A stretch of DNA of 64,000 nucleotides from a virus: the IMG/VR virus record IMGVR_UViG_3300045988_170206, positions 73,845 through 137,844 of that record; one strand, given 5' to 3'. Positions 53,353-62,448 of the stretch are shown here, in pieces. Made by a program: the position numbers and the translations under genes. The notes beneath the pieces were generated by a model. The model had not been told where the DNA came from and searched no databases. It saw only the letters and a list, made by a program, of their open reading frames with translations. Within the stretch, counting starts at the first letter, position 1. Each line of letters begins with the position of its first letter.

Positions 53353-55101
53353 ATGAACGAACAATCAGCTCTCTACGCGACGATCAGCCGCGACGCTCGC
53401 ACCGGACTCATCAGCGTTGACTACATGACCGTCAACGACGGCGAGTTCACATTCCTCGCACTTCAACACGCCCTCCAACGCGCAGACAAAGACGGCTACA
53501 GCCGCAGCGACTTCCTGAAAGTCCTCAAGAAAACCATTCACGACATGGGTACAGTCGAATCGTTCGCCCTGATCGACTCGAACGGCGACTACGGCTTCGA
53601 CGGCAGCGCACCCCTCAAGGGCTACTCCGTCATCCCCTACTACACGGAAGAAGTAGGAGGCTCCGAGCCTAGCTACGTCGGCCTGAGCAACAGGAGTGTC
53701 GTTGAGCGCAGCTGCGAGGCGCGCGCGTTTGCTCGCCGTGAAGCAGCCGAGGCGTTCGTCAAGACCCACCCCAGCGTCCAGGAGGGCGTGTCCTTCCTGT
53801 GGGATCTGGACAGCGATCAGTTCACGTTCTTCGCTCATGAGGGATCCAGTCTCGAGGCCTACGACTTCGCAGACGACGAGATCAAGACGTGCCGGGAGGT
53901 CGCCTACAGCATCGACCAGGTGCGCCGAGCCGCAGGTGAAGTCATGTACGAGAGCGACGGAGAAGAGGACACCATCATTCCCCTGTACGACGGGCCCCTT
54001 GCTGAGGAAGACGACGAGCTCACGGACCATGAGCGCTGCGTCAAAGCGCACTCGCGACTCCCCATCCTCTTCCCCGACAACGCCAACCACGAGATCAAGC
54101 AAGTCACCATCGAACTCCACAACCGAGTGCCCTCCCAGTACTTCGCGCTCGCAACGTTCGACAACGAGTACGAAGGTAGGCGCTCATGCCCGACGAACCT
54201 CCTGCGTATCGACCCCAGGCTCCTCAACGCTGACATCTCCCATAACCCGTTCGTCTACACGCCACCGACATCAGAACAGGCCAGCTACCCCGCCTATGTC
54301 ATCACAGGCTTCAAGGGCACCCTGTCCACATGGAGCGGTGACTGGCAGTTCTCCAAAGTCAGCACCACTACCGGGCGCGTAGACCTGAACCGCACCTACA
54401 AGACGACCGGCTCTCTCGACGAGAACACACTCGACGACCTGTTCAACCAGGCCCTCCAAAACGGCGCACAGGAACCCACCCCACTGGAACACCCCACCCC
54501 CGAATGGGCCGAAGAGTTCATCACGGCGATCAGCACGGACCCCTGGACCGTCGCAGACGTAGAACAGTGGTCCCACATCTGTAGAGTCGCAGGCGGTTAC
54601 CCCTTCCCCGACCTTGAACTCGACAAGCAGCAGGCACAGAAGGCCTTCGAGGAGAGCGCATCCAAGTACGGGGCCGTCCTAGACACGAACATCGTCCCCT
54701 TCCCCAAGGAGAAGGAACTCGAGTCTCGCCTGCGATACATCCAGAAGCACTGGCCAACAACCGATGCCAGCGAAGAACAGAAGCAGATCCACCCGTCAGA
54801 GATCGAGATTGCCCGCATCTGCGACGGCACCCTCGTCGCCGCCTACGTCAAGCCCTGGAAGCGCACCATCGTCGTCCCCATGTGCGACGCTCTCGATAAG
54901 ATCGTCTACCGAGCGATGAGCACCGTCGAAGCAGCTGGCCTCAACGCACCGACAAGCTCGACGGTACTGCGCGTGACTTCCCCGAAGAACACAGAAAGCG
55001 TCATCTGCTCCGTATTCTCACCCGCATGGGCCCGCGCCCTCACCCCCGAAGGGGCTACAGCAAAGGCCCCCACCCTCAAGCAGTGGATGCAGTACTGCTG
55101 A
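53353..55101 (+). CDS. hypothetical protein, tandem paralog family B, copy 2
   Basis: ATG at 53353 with an AGGAAGG RBS. Confidence 0.85.
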   Translation: MNEQSALYATISRDARTGLISVDYMTVNDGEFTFLALQHALQRADKDGYSRSDFLKVLKKTIHDMGTVESFALIDSNGDYGFDGSAPLKGYSVIPYYTEEVGGSEPSYVGLSNRSVVERSCEARAFARREAAEAFVKTHPSVQEGVSFLWDLDSDQFTFFAHEGSSLEAYDFADDEIKTCREVAYSIDQVRRAAGEVMYESDGEEDTIIPLYDGPLAEEDDELTDHERCVKAHSRLPILFPDNANHEIKQVTIELHNRVPSQYFALATFDNEYEGRRSCPTNLLRIDPRLLNADISHNPFVYTPPTSEQASYPAYVITGFKGTLSTWSGDWQFSKVSTTTGRVDLNRTYKTTGSLDENTLDDLFNQALQNGAQEPTPLEHPTPEWAEEFITAISTDPWTVADVEQWSHICRVAGGYPFPDLELDKQQAQKAFEESASKYGAVLDTNIVPFPKEKELESRLRYIQKHWPTTDASEEQKQIHPSEIEIARICDGTLVAAYVKPWKRTIVVPMCDALDKIVYRAMSTVEAAGLNAPTSSTVLRVTSPKNTESVICSVFSPAWARALTPEGATAKAPTLKQWMQYC

Positions 55102-55108
55102 CCACTCG

Positions 55109-55151
55109 CGCCCCGGTTGCCTCACACTCATCGTATGGTGGCCGGGGCGCT
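55109..55151 (+). terminator. GC-rich hairpin after family B copy 2
   Basis: GCGCCCCGG (55109-55117) pairs with CCGGGGCGC (55143-55151). Confidence 0.4.
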
Positions 55152-55242
55152 CGCGTAAGCGTCACCGCATCAACGAGAGCAATGCTCTCCCCATAAAGCC
55201 AACGCCCCACAACCACTGGGGAACCACGGAAGGAACAAGCAA

Positions 55243-56382
55243 ATGGCATCCCTGCCCCCAATCAAGTGGCCCACAGGCCGCACCCCCTCCAAGGTTGAGA
55301 TCTTCGCTCACCAACACAAGGGCGGTCGCGTCGCCCTCCACGTCGTTGAACTCGACACTCACCTCATCTACCCGGCGTTCCTCCTGGAGGACATAACCGG
55401 CCACTGGAGCAGCACTGAGGGCTGGCGGTCCAACCCATTCCTGTGGGTCAAAGGCAACGAGGGCGACACGCGCATCCTCCACTTCAAGGGCAACCCCTCC
55501 ACGTGGGAGGGCGTATGGCAGACGCAGAACAAGGTCCGCGACGTGAAAGCACTCCCCGCCTTCGCCAACACGTACAACGACGGTGTTGACCGCAAGAGCG
55601 ACGAGCTCATCAACAGCTTCACCTACGAGCAAGCCAGCGAAGACCACGGGCCCCTCGAGGACACTAAGACCGCCGACACTCTCCGCATCCCCCAATCGTT
55701 CTACACGACGTGGAGCAAGACGCGCGCCGACTACCTCGCCGAGTACGACAAGTACGTCGGCATGACCCCCGAGCCCGGCGGCAACGTCACGGTCGCCCAC
55801 AAGGAGTTCTGGACGAAACTCTGCCAGAAACAGAAGGGCGGCGAGGCTATCCTCCCGTACACGCCAGTCGCCTCTCTGTCTGACGAGCGATACCTCCTGC
55901 TCCGCGACACGCCACTCGCAGACAAGAACGATCTGGAAGGCCTTGTCCCCTTCAAGAAAGGCACCCCCGAGGAAAAGCGGGCAACGTACATTGCGAAGAA
56001 ATGGGGAGTCGCGGACCCCCGCACAGGCAACCTCATTGGCTTCGACCAGATCCGCGTCGAAACCAGCTTCACCGGCAAGACCGCAACCGTCTACGTCGCC
56101 CCCTTCAACATGACGTTCCTCATGCCGAACATGCCGGCCCTCGACAAGGAGATCTACCGGAACCTCGGCAAGATCATCGAGCTCGTCAAGGCCTACGACC
56201 CGGCCCTCGACGTGACCTACCCGCAAGGCGCATACACGTCCCCGACGAGCTTCCCCCTCCAGCGCGTCACCAGCCCCCACTGGATCGTGCTCTCACGGAA
56301 CTTCAACGCCCTGACTGCACCAGACCCCACCGCCCGCAGGTCACGGACAATGACCCTCAGCGAATGGGCGCACACCAACTAA
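55243..56382 (+). CDS. hypothetical protein, family B, copy 3 (C-terminal-half homolog only)
   Basis: 379 aa. Aligns to the C-terminal ~380 aa of copies 1 and 2 (WP.G.TP, NPF.., PALDKEIYRNL). Confidence 0.8.
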   Translation: MASLPPIKWPTGRTPSKVEIFAHQHKGGRVALHVVELDTHLIYPAFLLEDITGHWSSTEGWRSNPFLWVKGNEGDTRILHFKGNPSTWEGVWQTQNKVRDVKALPAFANTYNDGVDRKSDELINSFTYEQASEDHGPLEDTKTADTLRIPQSFYTTWSKTRADYLAEYDKYVGMTPEPGGNVTVAHKEFWTKLCQKQKGGEAILPYTPVASLSDERYLLLRDTPLADKNDLEGLVPFKKGTPEEKRATYIAKKWGVADPRTGNLIGFDQIRVETSFTGKTATVYVAPFNMTFLMPNMPALDKEIYRNLGKIIELVKAYDPALDVTYPQGAYTSPTSFPLQRVTSPHWIVLSRNFNALTAPDPTARRSRTMTLSEWAHTN

Positions 56383-56391
56383 CCCCATAAC

Positions 56392-56428
56392 GCGGAGGGG
56401 CAGGAACACTCACACCCTGCCCCTCCGC
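56392..56428 (+). terminator. 13-bp GC-rich hairpin after family B copy 3
   Basis: GCGGAGGGGCAGG pairs with CCTGCCCCTCCGC. Confidence 0.45.
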
Positions 56429-56466
56429 TTCACCATCTCGAAAGGACCACGACAGGAACACCCGCC

Positions 56467-57324
56467 ATGCTGACCAGCCCCTACCAGCAAACCAGCAACC
56501 AGCCCATCTCCGTGTACGGGCAACCGCTCGGAATGCCAGATTTCAACGGTGAGGACTACGACAAGAAACAGAAGCGCGCCTACACGGCGTTCCTGCGGTC
56601 CCGCCCCGCCAACTACCTCCCCACCCTCGAAGCACTCCGACCATCAAACTGGAGCATCCCCCAACTGTTCGCGACCGACCGATTCATCGTCACTGAACCC
56701 TGGGACGCATCCCTCCCCGACGTTGCAGCCCCCCTAAAAGGCCAGATCGCTGTCCGGTACGACCAGCCCCTCGAGGTCACGACCTACAACGAGTACTACG
56801 AGAAGACCGGCACCCAGCCCGTCACCTGCCCCTCGGGCAGTATCCCCATCACCTCAGAAGTCAACCTCCGACTCTCCCCAGAGCAGGCGAACAACATGCC
56901 CGACGGCTTCAAGTACGCCCAGCGCGTCCCGCGGTCAGACGAGTACCCCAAGGGCGCGTTCATATACTGCGTCCCCAAGATATTCCTCGACAAGATCGTC
57001 CCCTACACGCTGATGTTGTCCCGCAAGCCCCTCGCGCGAACCGTCGAACGGTACATGTTCCCCCTGTGCGCCTACAACACGTCCCTGTACCTGTCCGTCG
57101 TCCGCGAGTCTCCATTCACCACACGCTACCGTGACACTGGACCCATCGTCCTGTGGGCCCAGTACAACAGCAACTTCGACAGGGCCATCGCCGAGTTCTT
57201 CAACAAGCAGGCAGAACAAGGCTGGGTGCCCATGCGAGGCCAATACGCGCTCTCCACTGGCGAAGACCTCGCCTACGAGCACAAACTCTACGAAGACAAG
57301 CTCCCAGCCCCGCCCACCAACTAA
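56467..57324 (+). CDS. hypothetical protein
   Basis: 285-aa ORF. Confidence 0.75.
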   Translation: MLTSPYQQTSNQPISVYGQPLGMPDFNGEDYDKKQKRAYTAFLRSRPANYLPTLEALRPSNWSIPQLFATDRFIVTEPWDASLPDVAAPLKGQIAVRYDQPLEVTTYNEYYEKTGTQPVTCPSGSIPITSEVNLRLSPEQANNMPDGFKYAQRVPRSDEYPKGAFIYCVPKIFLDKIVPYTLMLSRKPLARTVERYMFPLCAYNTSLYLSVVRESPFTTRYRDTGPIVLWAQYNSNFDRAIAEFFNKQAEQGWVPMRGQYALSTGEDLAYEHKLYEDKLPAPPTN

Positions 57325-57343
57325 CAGCAAAGGACCAAAAGCT

Positions 57344-58747
57344 GTGGCCACACAACGTAGACATCACTACGCAGTCTCCGGCATAGACCTCTACCGCCGC
57401 GTCATCGAAGCGGCGCAGACCGGCAAGCGTCTCCCCGCTGGTGCTCTCCTCACCGCCGACAACTACGACGACTTCAGGACCATGATGGTCAACACCGACC
57501 TGGACGACACCACGGCGGCAGTAGTGCGCCGTTACCTGGGGCTGGCGCACTCCCAGCAGCTCATGCCCGTTCATGACGACGACCGCTTCCATCGACTCTT
57601 CAACACGCCCACGCGCCCGCAGCCATTCGACAACCCCATCGAGACTGACGCGAAGATCCTCAGCGGCCCACACGGCCCCTTCCTCTACCGGCAGCTCATC
57701 CGCCACTCGAGCGAGAAAAAAGCCGCCAAGTTCCTACGTGACTTGTGTGCCAAATACCCGAAGCTGATGGAAGGGTCGCTCCTCTACGCTCAGGCTTTCA
57801 ACATGCCGCAAGACGTGATCGACCTGTCCGACAGGATCGACGGGGCCAAAGTGCGTGAATGGACACAGGCTCTCATCCATGACACCACCGCAACACACGA
57901 CAGCATCGTTCGAGCTATGCAGAAGATCAAGGGCGGCTTGTCTGACCCCAGCATCACCGACGAAGACAAGATTGCGCTCGCGGGCGCAATCGCTGGCGCA
58001 GTCGTGAGATTTGACGGCCCCACCCACGTCTACAAGTGCCTACACCACTGCGGCCTGCTCGACCTGTGCCTCCACCACTTCGGCCACCTACTACCCCGCG
58101 ACTGGCTCAATACCCCCATCAGCGTCTCAATGCGCAACACCTACCCTTGCGAGTGGAGAGTCTGGGCAGGGTTCGCTCCCGTCGCCAGCCTCTACCTCGC
58201 AGAAGACGAAACCGCCGAGCCCAGCATCAACAGAGGCGAATACGCGCACACGTTCTTCAACGCATACGACGCTGCCCTCGCCGCCGCAAGCTCAACCCCC
58301 CTCATCAAAAAGCGATGGAACTACCTAGCGCTAAACAAAGCGCCAGAACAGCTCATCAACATGTGGATCAAATGCGTCACCGGACGCATCGATGAGTGCT
58401 ACGACTACTTCGACGAGCACTACTGCATCGGCGAGCCGGACGGCCTCTGGGATGAAAGCATCGAGCCCGCATGGGATGTGCACTACGCCCTCATGTACCT
58501 CGTATGCAGCCATGTCGTCCCACCCGGCCTCTACAAACGCCTCAAGCATGACGACGCAGTAATGGCACTCCTGTTCCGCTATGAGGCCGTCTCCGTCGCG
58601 GGGCTGAACACAAAAGATCGTTCCCGTCGAACAACCGTGGACGAGATGGTGAAAGCCGAAGGCCTCATCAGCGCAACTAAGCGCCTCTACGTCGAAGAGC
58701 TTGAGTGCATCAACAGCGAAGCGCGACGCACGCGCCCCAAGAAGTAA
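57344..58747 (+). CDS. hypothetical protein
   Basis: GTG at 57344 with an AAAGGACC RBS. The track ORF's earlier start overlaps the previous gene. Confidence 0.7.
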   Translation: MATQRRHHYAVSGIDLYRRVIEAAQTGKRLPAGALLTADNYDDFRTMMVNTDLDDTTAAVVRRYLGLAHSQQLMPVHDDDRFHRLFNTPTRPQPFDNPIETDAKILSGPHGPFLYRQLIRHSSEKKAAKFLRDLCAKYPKLMEGSLLYAQAFNMPQDVIDLSDRIDGAKVREWTQALIHDTTATHDSIVRAMQKIKGGLSDPSITDEDKIALAGAIAGAVVRFDGPTHVYKCLHHCGLLDLCLHHFGHLLPRDWLNTPISVSMRNTYPCEWRVWAGFAPVASLYLAEDETAEPSINRGEYAHTFFNAYDAALAAASSTPLIKKRWNYLALNKAPEQLINMWIKCVTGRIDECYDYFDEHYCIGEPDGLWDESIEPAWDVHYALMYLVCSHVVPPGLYKRLKHDDAVMALLFRYEAVSVAGLNTKDRSRRTTVDEMVKAEGLISATKRLYVEELECINSEARRTRPKK

Positions 58748-58817
58748 CCCCACGGGTGAGGCCCTGCCAGTTCGCGACGGCGGGGCCTTGCCCATCTCGA
58801 AAGGACGATCCCCTCTC

Positions 58818-59171
58818 ATGACTGGCCAACACTGGACCCTCGATCCCAGCGGCTACTGCTACCCCGATGATGCTCCTACAGAAGGGTTCCAGCTCCCCCT
58901 TAAGAGCGTGCCCACCACGCCCGTGCCTGTTCGTGTCGTGAGCTTCCTGAGCGCCCTCACGCAGCAGCAGGTGAGTGTCTGGGACTCCCAAACCCCCGAC
59001 ACTGCGCAGCTTGTGTCGAAGCTCGACGAAACGCGCATCTCCCAAGCGTTCCTGACTGCCGTCACCAGCACAGGACAGTGGGGGTGGCTGCACGTCCCCG
59101 TCGATCACGAGTCAGGGCGGGTTGGCTTCAACACGATCTGGGTTCTTCCCGTGGGTGGGGGACAGGCTTGA
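58818..59171 (+). CDS. hypothetical protein
   Basis: ATG at 58818 with a GAAAGGACG RBS. Confidence 0.65.
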   Translation: MTGQHWTLDPSGYCYPDDAPTEGFQLPLKSVPTTPVPVRVVSFLSALTQQQVSVWDSQTPDTAQLVSKLDETRISQAFLTAVTSTGQWGWLHVPVDHESGRVGFNTIWVLPVGGGQA

Positions 59172-59206
59172 GGGGTGTTGCAGGTGTCCTACAGGGAACA
59201 GCAGAT

Positions 59207-59407
59207 GTGCGTGGCCGCGGCTTCTACCTGGTTGATGAGGTGAGCGGGCGAACCGTGCAGGTGTGGGTGCGCGAGCAGGCGGTGCCGTTGATGCGTCGGA
59301 TGCTCGGCGTGAGGGTGCTGGTTGCTGGGCGTATGGATGACACGGGCAGGGTGGTGTTTGCTGAGGATGTGCGTCCGTGTCCGATCTTCACCCCATCCAA
59401 CATGTGA
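59207..59407 (+). CDS. possible small OB-fold-like protein (weak)
   Basis: GFYLVDEVSGRTVQVWVREQAVPLMRRMLGVRVLVAGRMDDTGRVVFAEDV resembles an OB-fold pattern. The start is uncertain and the codon usage is atypically G-rich. Confidence 0.3.
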   Translation: MRGRGFYLVDEVSGRTVQVWVREQAVPLMRRMLGVRVLVAGRMDDTGRVVFAEDVRPCPIFTPSNM

Positions 59408-59437
59408 CCCATCTAACCAACATTGTGAATATTGGGA
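59403..59437 (+). promoter_or_regulatory. conserved intergenic motif, variant TGTGACCCATCTAACCAACATTGTGAATATTGGGA (copy E)
   Basis: Same TGTGACCCAyyTAACCAA core as copy D. Lies upstream of the lipoprotein gene. Confidence 0.45.
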
Positions 59438-59535
59438 CTTGCACATCCAAAGTGGACGACATATGCTATGAACCATCCCAAACAGGGATACTACTTCACT
59501 CGACAATCCAACCAATCAATCCAGAAGGAACAATC

Positions 59536-61659
59536 ATGAACACCAAGAAGATCATCGCAGCGCTCGTCGCATTCACTGCCGCCGCCACCCTCGGCGCATG
59601 CACCAACCCCGGCAAGGAGATCGCCCCCTCCAAGGACAAGACTCCCGCCCCCAATGCGCAGCCGAATAACCCGGCCCCCGCGCCGACCACTCCCGCGCCT
59701 GCGCCCACAACTCCGGCCCCCAGCACTCCGGCCCCCAGCAACCCCACTTCTCCGCGAGTGCCCGTCTCTCCCGCGCCGACCACCCCGCAGCTCGGTCAGG
59801 GCAGCGGCTTCTATGGCTACACCAGCACCGCCTCACAGCCCACTTTCTCGGACAGCGACTACGGCTACAGCACCCCGGCGGACAACACCGTGTCCGCTGA
59901 CACGAGCCATGCCGCCGCCCAGGCGCGCTTCGCCGCCGCCCAGGCCGCACTCCTGGACGCGAACAACGCCCTGACCGACGCGCAGAACAAGCTCTCCGCA
60001 GCTCAGGACGCGGAAACCGCCGCTCAGGGTGCGCTCGCGGACGCGAAGGTCAAGGAGTCCGACGCGAAGGCTGCGCTCGACGCTGCTATGCAGGCTAACC
60101 CCGCCGGGTCCGTGGCCTACATGAAGGCCAAGAACGACCTCAACGATGCGAAGGCTGCGACCGTCGCCGCCCAGAAGAACCTCGACCAGGCGAACGCCGA
60201 GCTGGCTAACGCTCGCACCCAGTCCGATAAGGCCAAGAGCGAAGCCGACACAGCTCACTCCGAGCTCGACAAGGCGAACACTGCCCTCAAGGATGCGCAG
60301 GACCGCCTTGCCGCCGTCATGGCCGACCAGGCCACTCGAGCGCACGCCGCCGTCGATGCGGAAGCTGCACTGGACTCCGCGAAGGACGCGAACGCTGACG
60401 CTCAGGCCAAGAAGGCTGAGGCGAAGGCCGCTCTCGAAGCGTCTACCGCCTCCCTGAACGAGGCTCAGGCGAACCTCGACGCAGCCAAGCGCGCCGCCGA
60501 AGCCGGTGGCATCAACTGGGATGCGCTAACCGTCGCTCAGAAGCAGGATCTCGTTCGCGCGTTCCTGCTCCAGATGATGAACGACTACCGTTCTCAGTAC
60601 CGTCTGCCCGCGGCCCCCATCGGAGTTGACGTGCAGGCATTCGCTCAGGCGCACGCCGACACCAACCCCGGCTACATGGTTGGTCCCAACATGGCTGACT
60701 GGGATAAGGCGAGCGCTGACGGTCTCACGAACCGCCCCTACGGCTCCCTGTCCACTGGCACCAGCTGGGAGGGTCGTAACCCCCTCGAGGCCGCTCAGGC
60801 CGCATTCGAGAAGTTCCGCGCCAACCGCTACGGCGATGCGACGATGCTGAATGAGCGCATCAACGCCTTCGGTATCGGCGTGAGCGAGGACGGCCACATC
60901 GCCGTCGTTGGCTTTGTCGCCGATGAGAACACCAAGGGAGCCTACACCTACGCGCCGACCGGCGTGGACGTGTGGGGTGGCAAGGAGATCCCGCAGGCCA
61001 CGAACCCGACCTACTCTCCTTCCCACTCCTACCCCGGCTTCGAGGGTGAGGTTGAGACGAAGGAGGCCCCCAAGGTCACCAAGGCTGACGGAGTTGACCT
61101 CGCGCAGCTCGAGCGCACCCTGAACGACGCTCAGGCCACCGTCGCCCGCGACAAGGAGACTGCGGAGAAGGCCGCCGCAGCCGCCGACAAGACCCAGGCC
61201 GACCTCGAGGCCGCTCAGACTGTGCGCGACCAGGCCGTCGCAGACCGAGACAACGCCGATCCTGCCGACGCCCGCCAGGCCGTGACCGAAGCGTCCGACG
61301 CTCAGGTCAAGGCGCAGGACAAGGCCACCCAGGCCGATGAGTTCGCCCGCGAACAGGCTGAGCAGGTCGCCCCCGCGCAGCGGAACGTCGAACAGGCCAC
61401 CCAGGCCGCAGCCGAAGCCGTCAAGGCCCAGGAAGTCGCCCAGGACGCCTACGACACCGCCGCCAAGGACGCTGCGGACATCGTAGCCGCCGACAAGGCC
61501 CTCACCGATGCCCACAAGGGTACTGAGGACGCGCTCGCGGGCGTGGCCGACGCGGTTGCTAACCGTGTCGAGGCTGAGGATGCCGTTGCCTCCGCTCAGG
61601 AGAACGTGGCCTCCGCTCAGGCCGACGTGGACGCAGCCGTGTCCGAGCTCGGTAACTGA
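59536..61659 (+). CDS. lipoprotein with a Pro-rich linker, long Ala-rich coiled coils and a central CAP/SCP-like domain (tentative)
   Basis: ATG at 59536 with a GAAGGAAC RBS. Lipobox TLGAC. Heptad-like A/D/K/Q repeats flank the segment QMMNDYRSQYRLP...FEKFRANRYGDATMLNERINAFGIGVSEDGHIAVVGFV. Confidence 0.8.
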   Translation: MNTKKIIAALVAFTAAATLGACTNPGKEIAPSKDKTPAPNAQPNNPAPAPTTPAPAPTTPAPSTPAPSNPTSPRVPVSPAPTTPQLGQGSGFYGYTSTASQPTFSDSDYGYSTPADNTVSADTSHAAAQARFAAAQAALLDANNALTDAQNKLSAAQDAETAAQGALADAKVKESDAKAALDAAMQANPAGSVAYMKAKNDLNDAKAATVAAQKNLDQANAELANARTQSDKAKSEADTAHSELDKANTALKDAQDRLAAVMADQATRAHAAVDAEAALDSAKDANADAQAKKAEAKAALEASTASLNEAQANLDAAKRAAEAGGINWDALTVAQKQDLVRAFLLQMMNDYRSQYRLPAAPIGVDVQAFAQAHADTNPGYMVGPNMADWDKASADGLTNRPYGSLSTGTSWEGRNPLEAAQAAFEKFRANRYGDATMLNERINAFGIGVSEDGHIAVVGFVADENTKGAYTYAPTGVDVWGGKEIPQATNPTYSPSHSYPGFEGEVETKEAPKVTKADGVDLAQLERTLNDAQATVARDKETAEKAAAAADKTQADLEAAQTVRDQAVADRDNADPADARQAVTEASDAQVKAQDKATQADEFAREQAEQVAPAQRNVEQATQAAAEAVKAQEVAQDAYDTAAKDAADIVAADKALTDAHKGTEDALAGVADAVANRVEAEDAVASAQENVASAQADVDAAVSELGN

Positions 61660-61746
61660 CGGGAGGTTCAAGAAATGTCCCCTGCTTGGCGTGCTGCTTC
61701 TGGGTTCGAGTGAAGTAGTGCCTGAGTGCGCCGGGTAGGGGAGTTG

Positions 61747-61780
61747 CCCCCAGGTTTCGTATGGAGCCTGGGGGTTTTCT
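61747..61780 (+). terminator. rho-independent terminator
   Basis: CCCCCAGG (61747-61754) pairs with CCTGGGGG (61767-61774). Followed by TTTTCT. Confidence 0.75.
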
Positions 61781-61793
61781 CCACCCCAAACCC

Positions 61794-61812
61794 CCTGTGA
61801 TCTACTTAACCG
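61794..61812 (+). promoter_or_regulatory. conserved intergenic motif CCTGTGATCTACTTAACC (copy C)
   Basis: Identical 18-mer to copy B. Lies upstream of the second tRNA array. Confidence 0.6.
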
Positions 61813-61957
61813 AAACGTGGGTTCTCAACGGTTGCGCACCATGTTCCGCGCTGCTAGATTATTCATGTCAGGAGAAAAACTTCTCCGACTCCTAACAAGT
61901 GTGAATAGGGACAGCCGCCCGAGGCCCACAACCTCGACAAAGCCTCGGGCGGCACAC

Positions 61958-62032
61958 GCTGCTCTAGCTCAACGGCAGAGCATCCGCCTTGTAAGCGGAC
62001 GGTTGAGGGTTCGAATCCCTCGGGCAGCTCCA
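61958..62032 (+). tRNA. tRNA-Thr (TGT), CCA encoded
   Basis: Acceptor GCTGCTC/GGGCAGC, anticodon arm TCCGC-CTTGTAA-GCGGA, T arm GAGGG-TTCGAAT-CCCTC, 3' TCCA. Preceded by a 12-bp hairpin at 61914-61953. Confidence 0.9.
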
Positions 62033-62064
62033 CCGCTACAAACCAGTGGCGATGAAACTGAATA

Positions 62065-62139
<75 letters not shown>

Positions 62140-62158
62140 AGTGCACACAGTGCACAAC

Positions 62159-62276
62159 GGATCTCTAGCTTAATTGGGGCCGTTACGCGGTGTTCTAGGC
62201 CCGCTGCGCGACTCCCTGGGTAAAGCGCCTGCCCGAAGGACGGCAGGAGATGACAGTTCGATCCTGTCGAGACCCA
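62159..62276 (+). ncRNA. non-canonical tRNA-like gene (118 nt) with a ~50-nt D-loop insertion and an 8-nt anticodon-position loop
   Basis: Acceptor GGATCTC/GAGACCC (one A.C mismatch). T arm GACAG-TTCGATC-CTGTC. D stem GCTT/AAGC enclosing the hairpin GGGCC...GGCCC. Arm CCTGCC-CGAAGGAC-GGCAGG. Confidence 0.45.
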
Positions 62277-62278
62277 CA

Positions 62279-62334
62279 GCGTTGGTTCTGGTGGACCGGA
62301 GTAGTAGGTGCGGGTTCAAGTCCCGCCACGCGCC
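62279..62334 (+). ncRNA. short T-arm-containing tRNA-like fragment (no anticodon arm foldable)
   Basis: T arm GCGGG-TTCAAGT-CCCGC. Weak acceptor pairing GCGTTGG/CACGCGC (5 of 7). Confidence 0.3.
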
Positions 62335-62341
62335 CCGCAAG

Positions 62342-62398
62342 GGCGGTGTAGCTTAAGCAAGAGCGGCGAAACGAGAGGGGTTCGATTCCCCGGCGTGA
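62342..62398 (+). ncRNA. short T-arm-containing tRNA-like fragment
   Basis: A D-arm-like TAGCTTAAGCAAGAGC and a T arm GGGG-TTCGATT-CCCC. I found no convincing acceptor or anticodon stem. Confidence 0.25.
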
Positions 62399-62448
62399 GA
62401 GAACAGAATACTAGTCAGTTCTCGGATTGGGGGTAGCTCCCCCTTTCT

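Noticed and set aside
59078-59206. Full-length 109-aa ORF 59078..59407.
   Set aside because: The N-terminal part overlaps 58818..59171 and reads as R/G-rich filler. Only the C-terminal ~66 aa look protein-like, and even that call is weak.
62300-62334. The T arm GCGGGTTCAAGTCCCGCCA resembles the 3' end of tmRNA (phage-encoded tmRNAs are known).
   Set aside because: I found no matching 5' acceptor partner, no tag reading frame and no pseudoknot region. Only ~200 nt are available between the flanking tRNAs, which is too short for a tmRNA.
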